Positions 29,599 through 39,602 of a stretch of 64,000 bases of DNA are shown here, in pieces (the first letter of the stretch is position 1; the number at the start of each line of letters is the position of its first letter). Under the pieces are notes generated by a model that saw only the letters and a program-made list of their open reading frames with translations, did not search any database and was not told the origin of the DNA. Source of the stretch: Acidobacteriaceae bacterium (GTDB lineage Bacteria > Acidobacteriota > Terriglobia > Terriglobales > Acidobacteriaceae). Where the stretch lies: positions 10,559-74,558 of the forward strand of contig PLWX01000066.1 in assembly GCA_003151155.1 (NCBI GenBank), in the 5' to 3' direction. The position numbers and the translations under genes are program-made.

Positions 29599-31029
29599 CT
29601 ACTCCGCCGCCTCGCGCATCGCCGTCCACGCCGCTTCCACATGCCGTCGCTCCGTACGCGCTTGCCCCACGCAGAAGCGAATCGCATATTTCCCATCCAG
29701 CTTCGTATGTGACACGAACATCTCCCCGCTCGCGTTCAGCCGCTTTAACAACCGTTCGCTCGCTTCGTCCCCGCTTTTTAGACGGAAGCAAACCAGGTTC
29801 AACGGATGCGGCGCAAGCAGCTCGAAACGCGAATCTGCCTTCACCCACGAAGCAAATTCCTGCGCCAACGCAATGTGCTGACGGATGTGAAACTGCAGTC
29901 CTTCCACGCCATAGTGCCGGATCACGAACCATAACTTCAGCGCGCGGAATCGCCGGCCCAGCGGCACATGCCAGTCGCGGTAATCGATCACCGCTCCCGC
30001 ATCCGAGGCCTGGTTCCGTAAATACTCGGGGACCACGCTCAAGCTGTTGATCAGCGCCTTCCGGTCTTTCACGTAGAACGCAGTGCAATCGAAGTTCGTG
30101 AACATCCACTTGTGCGGGTTGAATGCATAACTGTCTGCTGACTCCACGCCCCGATGTGTCCAGCGAAACTCCGGACAAACGGCTGCCGTTCCCGCCATCG
30201 CCGCATCCACGTGCAGCCACACTCCATGCTTGCGGCAAACCTCGGCAATTTCGGCAATCGGATCCAGCGCCAGGCTCGACGTCGTCCCAATCGTCGCGCA
30301 AACGAAAAATGGAATCTTCCCTGCCACCTTATCCGCAGCCATCGCACGATCGAGTGCATCGGGCCTCATTGCGAAATTCTCGTCGACGTCGATCAGTCGC
30401 AGATTCGTGCTGCCAATCCCCGCCACTCTGACGTCCTTCTCAACATGCGAGTGGGCCTGCGTTGAACTGTAAGCGACCAGCGGCATCCGGCAGCCCTCTT
30501 CGTTGCACTTCCCGCCCGTGATCTGCTCCCGCGCCGCCAGCAGCGCACACAACGAGGCGCTCGAAACCGAATCCTGGATCACCCCGCCGCCCTGGCTTGA
30601 GGACAGAAAATGCTCCGGCAGACCCAGCATCTGCACCAGCCAGTCGAGCATTTTCATCTCGACTTCCGTACACGCCGGGCTCGTCGCCCAAAGCATGCCC
30701 TGCACCCCCAGCCCCGACGACACCAGGTCGCCCAGCACCGAAGGCCCAGAATTGTTTGAAGGAAAATAGGCGTAGAAGTTCGGTGATTGCCAGTGCGAGA
30801 TACCCGGCATCACGGCCCGGTCAAGATCCGGCAAAATATTGCTGACCGCTTCGCCGACCTGTGGAGGTTGGTCCGGCAATGATCGGAATACTTCGCCCGG
30901 CGCCACCTTCGAAACCACCGGCAGGTTTTCCACGTTCTCGTGATAGCGGGCAATCCAGTCGATCACTTCGCGGCCAGCCGTCCGAAACTCCTCCGGCGAC
31001 ATGTGAAAGCTCTTCTGCGGCTCATCCAT
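29599..31029 (-). CDS. PLP-dependent aromatic L-amino acid decarboxylase (group II)
   Basis: HWQSPNFYAYFP, SPACTE, HVDAA, NPHKW, PLGRRFRALKLW. Confidence 0.93.
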   Translation of the reverse strand: MDEPQKSFHMSPEEFRTAGREVIDWIARYHENVENLPVVSKVAPGEVFRSLPDQPPQVGEAVSNILPDLDRAVMPGISHWQSPNFYAYFPSNNSGPSVLGDLVSSGLGVQGMLWATSPACTEVEMKMLDWLVQMLGLPEHFLSSSQGGGVIQDSVSSASLCALLAAREQITGGKCNEEGCRMPLVAYSSTQAHSHVEKDVRVAGIGSTNLRLIDVDENFAMRPDALDRAMAADKVAGKIPFFVCATIGTTSSLALDPIAEIAEVCRKHGVWLHVDAAMAGTAAVCPEFRWTHRGVESADSYAFNPHKWMFTNFDCTAFYVKDRKALINSLSVVPEYLRNQASDAGAVIDYRDWHVPLGRRFRALKLWFVIRHYGVEGLQFHIRQHIALAQEFASWVKADSRFELLAPHPLNLVCFRLKSGDEASERLLKRLNASGEMFVSHTKLDGKYAIRFCVGQARTERRHVEAAWTAMREAAE

Positions 31030-31222
31030 CCCGTTAGCTTAACAAAACGATCTGAACGGTCGGGTGGGCCATCGCCCGCCGCGCCATCTCCCGCGGGGTA
31101 GCTGGCTGGTTAACTACACTGGCGTCGCGGAGGTACATGGCCCGAGGTACCATTGGTCGGTCAACATCCGTGTCGGAGAATGCTCTGAGGTGGAAGTGCG
31201 CCTCACCCCGAGGAGGCTTGGT

Positions 31223-31630
31223 TTGCACGATAATTCCAACATTGACATTCGCAGCCGAGCCCTGTGGGCTGAAGTTCTTGCCGCCCTCGAAGCTCGTGTC
31301 GCCTCGGTCAATAACTACGTGCCCGAACGTCGTAGCCACATCGTCTGCAGCCAGATCGACGCCGAAACCATCCACCTGCAACATGCTTCTTCCGAGCGCA
31401 GCGTACTCGCCTCGCTCGATCTGAAGAAACACGCGATCCATCTCAAGGAATTTAGCGACCTCAAAATGGAGTTTCCCAAGGACCCCAAGGACATGCCGCT
31501 CTCCATGCTGGCCGATGGCGAACTCTACGTCACCGATGGCAACGAGCTAAAAGCGAATGCGATGGAAGTGGCCAAGTCTCTGCTGCAAATTCTGTTTGGT
31601 GAAAAGTCCACCAACAAAATGTCCGCCTGA
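31223..31630 (+). CDS. Hypothetical protein
   Basis: Open frame with coding-like codon use; TTG at 31223 follows AGGAGG; start uncertain. Confidence 0.55.
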   Translation: MHDNSNIDIRSRALWAEVLAALEARVASVNNYVPERRSHIVCSQIDAETIHLQHASSERSVLASLDLKKHAIHLKEFSDLKMEFPKDPKDMPLSMLADGELYVTDGNELKANAMEVAKSLLQILFGEKSTNKMSA

Positions 31631-31641
31631 ACTCTTTCTTT

Positions 31642-32517
31642 CTAACCCGTGATTCCCCCGTGCTCCGCCGCAAGCTTCGCAATCGCCGACCAATCCACCT
31701 CTTCCCCGTAATGCGCAATCGCGGTCAGCATCTGGTCGTGCAGCAAACTTGCCAGGGGCAACGGCATCGTCTTAGCTTCTCCCGCAGCGATCGCCAACCT
31801 CATGTCCTTTAATCCGAGGGGTGCGCGAAAGCCCACCGGCTCATATTCCTGCCTCGCGATCTTCGCTCCGTAGTTCTTATAAATCGGCGCCGCAAACAAC
31901 GTGCTCGTCAGGAATTCCATGTACTGCACCGGGTTGACACCGTATCGCGAGACCAGCGCCACCGCTTCGCCCATCGCTTCCATCGCGGCAGCAATCAGGA
32001 AATTTCCACTGATCTTCGTGACATTCGCCTGCACCGGATCCTCTCCGATCTCCACCACCTGCTGGCTGATGGCCTCTAGAACCGGACGCGCTTTCGCGAC
32101 CGCTGCTGAATCTCCACCCACGACTATCCAGAGCTTCTTTGCCGCAGCTGCTTCCGGCCTTCCAAACACTGGAGCCGAAACATAGAGTTGCTGCCGCTCC
32201 GCATGCAGTTTCTTCAGCTCCTCGGCCATGGCAACGCTGATTGTGCTGATCGAAATGTGCAGTGCGCCTTTCGGCAATCCCTCCAGCAATCCACCGTGGA
32301 GCATCTGCCGCAATCCGTTGTCATCCGCGACCATGGTGCAAACCACTTCGTTGTTCGCCGCCTCGGCCACATCCTTCGCCTGTTTCGCGCCTTGTTTCAC
32401 CAGCGGCTCAGCCTTCGAAGCCGTCCGGTTCCAAACTGTCACTTCGTGTCCAGCGCTGATGAGATTTGCAGCGATCGGCTCGCCCATGTTTCCTAAACCC
32501 AAAAATCCAATCTTCAC
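31642..32517 (-). CDS. NAD(P)-dependent beta-hydroxyacid dehydrogenase family protein
   Basis: IGFLGLGNMG, WNRT, SAPVFG, KISGN, KDMRLA. Confidence 0.9.
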   Translation of the reverse strand: MKIGFLGLGNMGEPIAANLISAGHEVTVWNRTASKAEPLVKQGAKQAKDVAEAANNEVVCTMVADDNGLRQMLHGGLLEGLPKGALHISISTISVAMAEELKKLHAERQQLYVSAPVFGRPEAAAAKKLWIVVGGDSAAVAKARPVLEAISQQVVEIGEDPVQANVTKISGNFLIAAAMEAMGEAVALVSRYGVNPVQYMEFLTSTLFAAPIYKNYGAKIARQEYEPVGFRAPLGLKDMRLAIAAGEAKTMPLPLASLLHDQMLTAIAHYGEEVDWSAIAKLAAEHGGITG

Positions 32518-32736
32518 GTTGTTCTCCGTTCTCCTTCTGCTATGGATGAGGTCCGCTTGAAAAAGTTTCAGTGCGGCATTCTCCCTCACATAATGGCTTT
32601 ACTAATCCCATTTAGGGAACAAATGCCGATACATTTCGCAACACTGCGCAAAACCGCATCGTTATTGAGCGTTGCGCAATGCCTCCGATTAAAACCACTA
32701 TAGCTTTTCGCCTCTCCGTCCAACATCACCCCCCGA

Positions 32737-32752
32737 CGTGACCTTTATCACC
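32737..32752 (+). promoter_or_regulatory. Possible CRP-type box upstream of the cytochrome c operon
   Basis: CGTGA-ccttta-TCACC. Confidence 0.45.
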
Positions 32753-32876
32753 GAACCCTTTTCCTAATCGCGCAACACTCTCCTTGGAAGCACTGAGTGC
32801 GTGTGTCTTCTGGAGGTTAGTGGGCGCGCAGTCGGCTCATCCCTCGAACTTCAAAATTGAGGCCGTATACCACGTC

Positions 32877-33182
32877 ATGAAGAAGCTATTCGCAGTGATG
32901 CTTTTTACCGCAGCTGTCCTATTCCTCATGCTCCCCAACCTCTCCTGGGCCGATGACGACGCCGCCGCTTACAAGACGAAGTGCGCCATGTGCCACGGAG
33001 CCGATGCCAAGGGTAAGGGCAATATCCCTGACCTGACCTCCGACAAAGTAAAGAAAGCTACGGATGCCGAGTTGGAAGATTTCATCGCCAACGGTGGCAA
33101 AGACAAGAAAGCTTCGCACGCGTTTGCCGCCAAGGGCGTCGATGCGAAAGCCATGGTCGCCTACATCCGTTCGTTGAAGTAA
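32877..33182 (+). CDS. Monoheme cytochrome c
   Basis: Signal peptide, CAMCH, distal His in ASHAF. Confidence 0.9.
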   Translation: MKKLFAVMLFTAAVLFLMLPNLSWADDDAAAYKTKCAMCHGADAKGKGNIPDLTSDKVKKATDAELEDFIANGGKDKKASHAFAAKGVDAKAMVAYIRSLK

Positions 33183-33316
33183 ATCTCACCCGCGCTGGCG
33201 GGCGAGGTCGAAGGGGTGAGCATGAACGCATTTGCTACAGATCGGCCTGACTGCAACGGCCGTAGTTGGCGGCGTCGGTTCACCCCAGTTTTTTGCAACC
33301 CTTGGCCGGAGGGGTC

Positions 33317-34096
33317 ATGAGTAAGTCCATTCTTTACGATGCCACCTTATGCATCGACTGTAAGGCCTGCGAACAGGCTTGCGCCACCCACGCGGGGCTT
33401 CCCTACAACGACAAGATCGCCGCCGAGGAATATCAATCGGCCCACAAGCTCACTGCCGTCCTGAACAAGAACGAGAAGTACATGCGTCGTCTCTGCCAGC
33501 ACTGCCTCGAGCCCGCATGTGCCTCCGTTTGTCCCGTCGGAGCCCTGGAAAAAACTGCTCTCGGTCCCGTCATCTACGACGAGCACAAGTGCATGGGATG
33601 CCGCTACTGCATGGCGGCCTGTCCCTTCACCGTTCCCAAGTACGAGTGGGAAAAGCCGCTGCCGCAGATTCGCAAGTGCACCATGTGCTACGACCGCGTC
33701 TCCCGCGGAGACGTCACCGCCTGCACCGAAGCCTGCCCCACCGGCGCAACCAAGTTCGGCGAGCGCGATGCCCTCCTAAAGGAAGCGCGCGAACGCATCG
33801 ACAAGAATCCTGGCCAGTACATCAATCACATCTTCGGACAAACCGAAGTCGGGGGCACCTCGGTCCTCATGATTTCCAGCACCGAGTTCACCAAGTTCGG
33901 ATTGCGTGCCGATCTCGTCTCCGATCCGCTTCCCATGTACACCTTCCGCGTCCTCTCGCGTATTCCCGACTTCGTTCCCATCGGCGGCGCGTTGCTGGGC
34001 GGCATCTGGTGGATCACCCATCGCCGCGAAGACGTTGCCGCCGCTGAAGCCGCTGAGCAGGCAGAAAAAGATAAGAACAAGGGAGGCCGCCAGTGA
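33317..34096 (+). CDS. HybA/FdnH-like 4x[4Fe-4S] protein with a C-terminal TM anchor
   Basis: CIDCKACEQAC, CQHCLEPACASVCP, CMGCRYCMAACP, KCTMC...ACTEACP, EVGGT. Confidence 0.9.
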   Translation: MSKSILYDATLCIDCKACEQACATHAGLPYNDKIAAEEYQSAHKLTAVLNKNEKYMRRLCQHCLEPACASVCPVGALEKTALGPVIYDEHKCMGCRYCMAACPFTVPKYEWEKPLPQIRKCTMCYDRVSRGDVTACTEACPTGATKFGERDALLKEARERIDKNPGQYINHIFGQTEVGGTSVLMISSTEFTKFGLRADLVSDPLPMYTFRVLSRIPDFVPIGGALLGGIWWITHRREDVAAAEAAEQAEKDKNKGGRQ

Positions 34097-35280
34097 CCAA
34101 TCCAATGCCGAAATTCCGCTTCACTCTCTGGAAGCTGGTTCTTCTTTTCTTCATGGCAGTGGGCGCCTATTCCACCTGGATCCGCTTCCGCTACGGCCTC
34201 GGCGCTTCCACCAACCTCAGCGATCAGTTCCCCTGGGGCCTCTGGGTTGGCTTCGACGTTCTCTGCGGCGTAATGCTCGCCGCCGGCGGCTTCACTCTTA
34301 CCGCCGCGGTCCACATCTTCAACATCAAGCGCCTGCATGCCATCGTGCGTCCTACGGTCCTCACGGCATTCCTCGGATACGTTCTGGTGAGCGTTGCCCT
34401 GATGTTCGACCTCGGCCGCCCCTATCGCATCTGGCACCCTCTGATCATGCGCAACCCGCACTCGGTCATGTTCGAAGTCGCCTACTGCGTCATGCTCTAC
34501 ACCGCGGTATTGTCGCTGGAATTCGCGCCCATCGTGCTTGAGCATTTCAATCTCAAGAAGCCGCTCGCCATTCTCGAGAAGATCTCGATCCCCATTGTCA
34601 TCTGCGGCGTCATTCTTTCCACCTTGCATCAATCTTCGCTGGGCACGGTTTACCTGATCATGCCCAACAAGCTGCATCCCTTCTGGTATAGCCCGATTCT
34701 TCCCGGCTTCTTCTTTCTCTCCGCCATCGCCGTTGGCCTCGCGATGACGATCTTCGAATCCTCATTGAGCTCCAAGTATTTCGGCCGGGCTCTTGAGCTT
34801 CATATCCTTCGCGAACTCGGACGCGTTCTCGTCGTCGTCCTCGCCGTTTACTCGATTCTCCGTTTCGAAGATCTCTATCACCGCGGCGTCCTGAAGCTCA
34901 TGTTCATCAGCGGCTACGAACAGCGCTTGTTCCTCGTAGAAGCCTTCCTCATCCTCTGCCCGCTCTTCCTGCTCTGTATCCGCAAAGTTCGCGACAGCGC
35001 GCAGGGTCTCTATCTCGCCGCGGTCATGGTCGTTCTTGGCTTCATCACCAACCGTCTCAACGTCAGCATCACCGGCATCGAAAGCTCCGCCGGTACACAC
35101 TACATTCCTAAGTGGACAGAACTGGCGATCACCGGCGCCATCATCGCTGCCGGCTTCGCCATCTTCGGAATGGTGGCCAAATACCTGCCCATCTTTCCCG
35201 AAGAACACGAGTCGAGCACCAATGCGGTTCCAGTCGATGCTCCCGTAGTAGCGTCGGCGATGGCCAATGCCGGAGACTGA
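34093..35280 (+). CDS. NrfD/HybB-family quinone-interacting membrane subunit
   Basis: PWGLWVGFDVLCGV, DLGRPYR, SVMFEV, STLHQSSLG. Confidence 0.92.
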   Translation: MTNPMPKFRFTLWKLVLLFFMAVGAYSTWIRFRYGLGASTNLSDQFPWGLWVGFDVLCGVMLAAGGFTLTAAVHIFNIKRLHAIVRPTVLTAFLGYVLVSVALMFDLGRPYRIWHPLIMRNPHSVMFEVAYCVMLYTAVLSLEFAPIVLEHFNLKKPLAILEKISIPIVICGVILSTLHQSSLGTVYLIMPNKLHPFWYSPILPGFFFLSAIAVGLAMTIFESSLSSKYFGRALELHILRELGRVLVVVLAVYSILRFEDLYHRGVLKLMFISGYEQRLFLVEAFLILCPLFLLCIRKVRDSAQGLYLAAVMVVLGFITNRLNVSITGIESSAGTHYIPKWTELAITGAIIAAGFAIFGMVAKYLPIFPEEHESSTNAVPVDAPVVASAMANAGD

Positions 35281-36967
35281 CAAACCCGGAGCGCCGGTAG
35301 CTGCACCATCCGGCGACATAGAGAAGCGGCGGTGGCATTGGCTGACGCAAACCGTCAGTGCCAAGCTGCTTCTCCTCCTAATCGGATCCCTGCTCGCCAT
35401 CTTCGGGGCTCTCGGCTTCGTAAACATCCGGCTCCATCGCCAGCACCTCGAAGCCTTCACCCTCCAGGCCGCAGAACGCCAGAGCGACGTCATCAAGCGC
35501 AGCACTTCGTATTACATGATGCGCAACGATCGCGACGGTCTCTACGAGATCATCAGCACCATGGCCAACGAGCCGGGGATGAAGCACATTCGCATCATCA
35601 ACCAGCAAGGGCTAATCAGCTTTTCCACCGATACCGCTGAAGTCAACAAGCTCATCGACAAGAATGCCGAAGCCTGCTACGCCTGTCATGCGCAGGCCGC
35701 TCCGCTTTCCAAGCTCAACCGTCCCGACCGCTTCCGTATCTATCGCGCCAACAACGAACGCGTTCTCGGCATCATCACCCCCATCGAGAACCAGGAAAGC
35801 TGCTCCAACGCCGCCTGCCACGCCCATCCTAAAGAACAAAAGATTCTTGGCATCCTCGACGTAAGCCTCTCCCTCGCCAAGACCGACGCCAATCTCGCCG
35901 AGAGCACCCACACCATGATTGCCTACACCGTACTGGCGGTCATGTTGATCTCTCTCGCCACCTGGCTCTTCGTCTGGCGCGTCGTGCATGAACCTCTCGG
36001 CGTCTTAAAAGCCGGAACCGAACGCCTCACCCACGGCGACCTCGGCTTCCAGATCGACCCCAACTCCCACGACGAAGTTGGCGAGCTCGCCCACTCCTTC
36101 AACGAGATGAGCCGCCAGCTCAGCAACGCCCGCGACGAAATCACCGCATGGAACCGCACCCTGGAAGATCGCGTCCTGGAAAAAACCAGTGAGTTAAAGA
36201 AGGCCGCGGAGCGCATGTTGCACGTGGAAAAAATGGCCACCATTGGCAAGATGGCCGCCGTCGTCGCCCACGAAATCAACAACCCGCTCTCCGGGATCTT
36301 GACCTACTCGAAGCTGGTGAAGCGTTACATCGAGCGCGGCATCTTTGACGACGAACCCAAGCGCCATGAGATGGCCGAAAACCTCGACCTCGTCGCCACC
36401 GAGAGCCGTCGTTGCGGAGACCTCGTCAAGAACCTCCTCAGCTTCTCGCGCACCAATCCCATCAACCTGGAATGGATCCAGGTCAATCCGATTGTCGATC
36501 GCGTCGTGAAGCTCGCGCTGCACAAGCTCGAGATGGCCTCGATCCAGGTGCACGTCGATACCGGCGACGGTCTTCCTGTCGTTCGTGCCGATGCCGCGCA
36601 GATCGAACAGGTGTTGCTGGCCTTCACCATGAATGCCATCGACGCCATGCCCCACGGTGGCAATCTCTGGATATCCACTTCCGTCACCGACCACAGTGAA
36701 CTCCTCCTGCAGGTCCGTGACGACGGCATGGGCATTCCTGCCGAAGTCCTCCCGCGCCTCTTCGAGCCCTTCCTCACCACCAAGGACACGGGCAAAGGCG
36801 TCGGCCTCGGCCTCGCCATCAGTCACAACATCGTCGAGCGCCACAACGGCCGGATCGAAGTTGACTCGCAACTAGGCCGCGGAACCACTTTCAATGTCTA
36901 TCTGCCGCTGTCGGACGAGGCCTTTGACCTCGCCCTGCCAACGGCTACCAGGAATCAAGTGAGGTAA
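35267..36967 (+). CDS. HAMP sensor histidine kinase (NtrB-like) with heme-c motifs in the periplasmic domain
   Basis: Two TM helices, CYACH and CSNAACH, HEINNPL, NAIDA, DDGMG, GVGLGL. Confidence 0.93.
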   Translation: MPETDKPGAPVAAPSGDIEKRRWHWLTQTVSAKLLLLLIGSLLAIFGALGFVNIRLHRQHLEAFTLQAAERQSDVIKRSTSYYMMRNDRDGLYEIISTMANEPGMKHIRIINQQGLISFSTDTAEVNKLIDKNAEACYACHAQAAPLSKLNRPDRFRIYRANNERVLGIITPIENQESCSNAACHAHPKEQKILGILDVSLSLAKTDANLAESTHTMIAYTVLAVMLISLATWLFVWRVVHEPLGVLKAGTERLTHGDLGFQIDPNSHDEVGELAHSFNEMSRQLSNARDEITAWNRTLEDRVLEKTSELKKAAERMLHVEKMATIGKMAAVVAHEINNPLSGILTYSKLVKRYIERGIFDDEPKRHEMAENLDLVATESRRCGDLVKNLLSFSRTNPINLEWIQVNPIVDRVVKLALHKLEMASIQVHVDTGDGLPVVRADAAQIEQVLLAFTMNAIDAMPHGGNLWISTSVTDHSELLLQVRDDGMGIPAEVLPRLFEPFLTTKDTGKGVGLGLAISHNIVERHNGRIEVDSQLGRGTTFNVYLPLSDEAFDLALPTATRNQVR

Positions 36968-36970
36968 GTC

Positions 36971-38344
36971 ATGAGCACTCCCAAGGGCAAGCTGATCGTA
37001 GTGGACGACGAGTTGAGCGTGCGCGACTCGCTCGCGAAATGGTTTCGTGAAGAAGGTTATGAGGTCACCATTGCGGAGAGCGCTAACGAAGCATTAACCA
37101 GAGTCGCCGAGCAGACCTATGACCTCGCGTTACTCGATATCAAGATGCGCGGCACCGATGGCGTCGAGCTCCAACGCAAGCTCCACGAACTCGTGCCCAA
37201 CCTCATCGTCATCATGATGACCGGCTATGCCTCGGTCGAAACCGCCGTCACCACCCTGCGAAACGGCGCCTACGACTACATCACCAAGCCTCTCGACCCC
37301 GAAGAGACCGCGCACCTCGTCGCCAAGGCTCTCGCTCACAAGCGCACCGAACTGGAAAACGTTCGTCTCAAAGAACAGATCGAAGAGCACGCTCACGTCG
37401 ACTTAGTCTGGCGCAGCGATGCGATGAAGAAGGTCAACGACGCCATCGAAACCGTCGCCCCGACCGACGCCACCGTTCTGATCACCGGTGAAAGTGGTAC
37501 CGGAAAAGAAGTCGTCGCCCGCGCGATTCATTCGCTGAGCACGCGCCGCTTCCATCCCATGGTGCCGGTGCACTGCGGCGCGCTTACCGAAACCCTTCTG
37601 GAAAGCGAACTCTTCGGGCACGAGAAAGGCGCTTTCACCGGGGCGCAATATCGCAAGAAGGGTAAGTTCGAAATCGCTGAAGGCGGCACGGTTTTCCTCG
37701 ATGAAATCGGCGATATCAGCCTCAAGACCCAGACCGATCTCCTGCGCGTTCTTCAGGAGCGCGAGATTGTCCGCGTCGGCGGCAATCAGCCCATCAAGGT
37801 TGATTTTCGCGTCGTAGCAGCGACCAACAAAGATCTTGAGAAGCTCATCGAAGACGGCCACTTCCGTCCCGATCTTTTCTACCGGCTCAACGTCTTTCGC
37901 ATTGAACTCCCCCCGTTGCGCGATCGCAAGGAAGACATCCCGCTGCTCGTCACTCACTTCGTCAAAAAGTTCGCCGAGCAGATGAACAAGCGCATCACCC
38001 GTGTCGCCTCACCGGCGATGACTCTGCTCCAGCAATATCCATGGCCCGGCAACGTTCGCGAACTTGAAAATGCAGTAGAGCGTGCGATGGTCGTCGCCCA
38101 GGAACCTGAGTTGCGCGAGACTGACTTCTCGCTGAAAGCCAAGGCCGCTGCCGTGAGCAGCACCAACGGCACCGGAACTCCGCGCAAACTCGAAGACATC
38201 GAGAAAGAGCACATTCTACATGTGCTCGAAGAGACCAACTGGAACCAGACGCGCGCCGCCGAACTGCTCGACATCGACCGCGTCACGCTGCATCATAAAA
38301 TCAAGAGGTACGGTTGGAATAAGGCGACCACCGTTCGCGAATGA
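36971..38344 (+). CDS. Sigma54-dependent response regulator (NtrC/AtoC type)
   Basis: REC domain, [33 protein letters not shown], Fis HTH. Confidence 0.96.
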   Translation: MSTPKGKLIVVDDELSVRDSLAKWFREEGYEVTIAESANEALTRVAEQTYDLALLDIKMRGTDGVELQRKLHELVPNLIVIMMTGYASVETAVTTLRNGAYDYITKPLDPEETAHLVAKALAHKRTELENVRLKEQIEEHAHVDLVWRSDAMKKVNDAIETVAPTDATVLITGESGTGKEVVARAIHSLSTRRFHPMVPVHCGALTETLLESELFGHEKGAFTGAQYRKKGKFEIAEGGTVFLDEIGDISLKTQTDLLRVLQEREIVRVGGNQPIKVDFRVVAATNKDLEKLIEDGHFRPDLFYRLNVFRIELPPLRDRKEDIPLLVTHFVKKFAEQMNKRITRVASPAMTLLQQYPWPGNVRELENAVERAMVVAQEPELRETDFSLKAKAAAVSSTNGTGTPRKLEDIEKEHILHVLEETNWNQTRAAELLDIDRVTLHHKIKRYGWNKATTVRE

Positions 38345-38862
38345 AAGAACTTCACCTGCTGCCGATCGGGAACGTACCGCCCGACGTCCTCGGGTGGCTA
38401 CAGCGACAGCTCTGCGAGCTGTTTCGACTTCCCTGTGCCCTTCTGCAACCGGCACTCGATCCGCGTATCGCCTACCACGCCGAACGCCAGCAATACCACT
38501 CCAGCGAACTCATCGCGCGCATGCAGCCCTACGTCAACGAACAGACGTGGAAGCTCCTCGGCGTCACCGCCGAAGATCTCTACATCCCCATCTTGACCTT
38601 TGTTTTTGGCGAAGCCCAGATCGGCGGCAAACTCGCCGTAGTCTCCACCCATCGTCTGCGCCAGGAATTCTACGGATTGCCCGAAGATAAACCGCTGCTC
38701 GCGCAACGCCTCCTCACCGAAGCCGTCCACGAATTAGGTCACACGTTAGAGTTGACGCACTGCGACGATTACCGCTGCGTGATGGCCGCCTCTCACGCCG
38801 TCGAATGGATCGACATCAAAGACACATCCTTCTGCAAAGAGTGCGCCGCCAAAGTCGTCTAA
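38341..38862 (+). CDS. Archaemetzincin-family Zn protease (M54)
   Basis: DLYIPILTFVFGEA, HELGHTLELTHC, CVM, FCKEC. Confidence 0.92.
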   Translation: MKELHLLPIGNVPPDVLGWLQRQLCELFRLPCALLQPALDPRIAYHAERQQYHSSELIARMQPYVNEQTWKLLGVTAEDLYIPILTFVFGEAQIGGKLAVVSTHRLRQEFYGLPEDKPLLAQRLLTEAVHELGHTLELTHCDDYRCVMAASHAVEWIDIKDTSFCKECAAKVV

Positions 38863-38923
38863 GAGCGCGGCTCACGCATAGGGTTTCGATTCGGATCAAT
38901 CTACCACTTGAATTTTGAGATTC

Positions 38924-38973
38924 TGTCATTCTGAGCGCAGAACGCGAAGCGTTCGGAGTCGAAGAACCCCTAT
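38924..38973 (+). repeat. TGTC/CGTC-tagged REP-like element
   Basis: TGTCATTCTGAGCG..GAACGC-GAA-GCGTTC..GAGTCGAAGAACCCC. Confidence 0.6.
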
Positions 38974-39067
38974 CGTCAAGAACACTCTCGAAGATTTGAC
39001 GATGAACGCCTGCGAGGCTTTGACACACACCGCGCTCTCGCGGCGCGCCGAGTCGCCCCCCGCGACT

Positions 39068-39196
39068 CTACTTCTTACCAGCTTCGCGTGCGATCACGTT
39101 ATTCGTGTGATGTTCCGCCAGCATTGCCGACGAGAGCATGACACCCATGATCAGGAAAATAATGAAGAAAACGACTGCAATGACGAGGACCGGCAT
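39068..39196 (-). CDS. 42-aa single-TM small protein (below the ORF-track cutoff)
   Basis: GGAGGT RBS; MPVLVIAVVFFIIFLIMGVMLSSAMLAEHHTNNVIAREAGKK; hairpin GAGTCGC/GCGACTC at the stop. Confidence 0.75.
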   Translation of the reverse strand: MPVLVIAVVFFIIFLIMGVMLSSAMLAEHHTNNVIAREAGKK

Positions 39197-39242
39197 AGCC
39201 ACCTCCGCACGCGACATTGTGCGGCGAAGGCAACCCTTACGA

Positions 39243-39258
39243 TGTGATGGGGCTCACT
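39243..39258. promoter_or_regulatory. CRP-type box upstream of the small protein
   Basis: TGTGA-tggggc-TCACT (9 of 10 arm positions match TGTGA-N6-TCACA). Confidence 0.6.
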
Positions 39259-39344
39259 CAGGGATGTGAGAGCATAATATTCCTCTGCCGGCCATAGCTC
39301 TTAACAACTTGGCCGATGAGGAATGCAACAGGTGAGCTGCTGCG

Positions 39345-39602
39345 CTAGCTGTCTAGCTTCGACAGCTGGGAATCCAGGTCCGCAAGCGATGTCCGCAACA
39401 TCTGCGTGTAGCGCTCGTTTCCACTGGCTTCCAATTGCTGCAAAATCCGCTTCCGGGCTAACTGAATCCCCTGGCGTTTGCGCTGACGTTCCTGCATTGC
39501 AGGGTCAATTTTAGATTTATCGTCTTCCGGAGGTGCGGGGGCAAGCGATGCAGCAGATTCCATTTGACCTTCCACAGATTTACTTTCCCAACCACGGGCC
39601 AT
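39345..39602 (-). CDS. Small hypothetical coiled-coil protein
   Basis: MARGWESKSVE...ERYTQMLRTSLADLD. Confidence 0.7.
   Translation of the reverse strand: MARGWESKSVEGQMESAASLAPAPPEDDKSKIDPAMQERQRKRQGIQLARKRILQQLEASGNERYTQMLRTSLADLDSQLSKLDS

Noticed and set aside
32784-32802. Sigma54 promoter TTGGAAGCACTGAGTGC
   Set aside because: GG-to-GC spacing is 11 rather than the required 10
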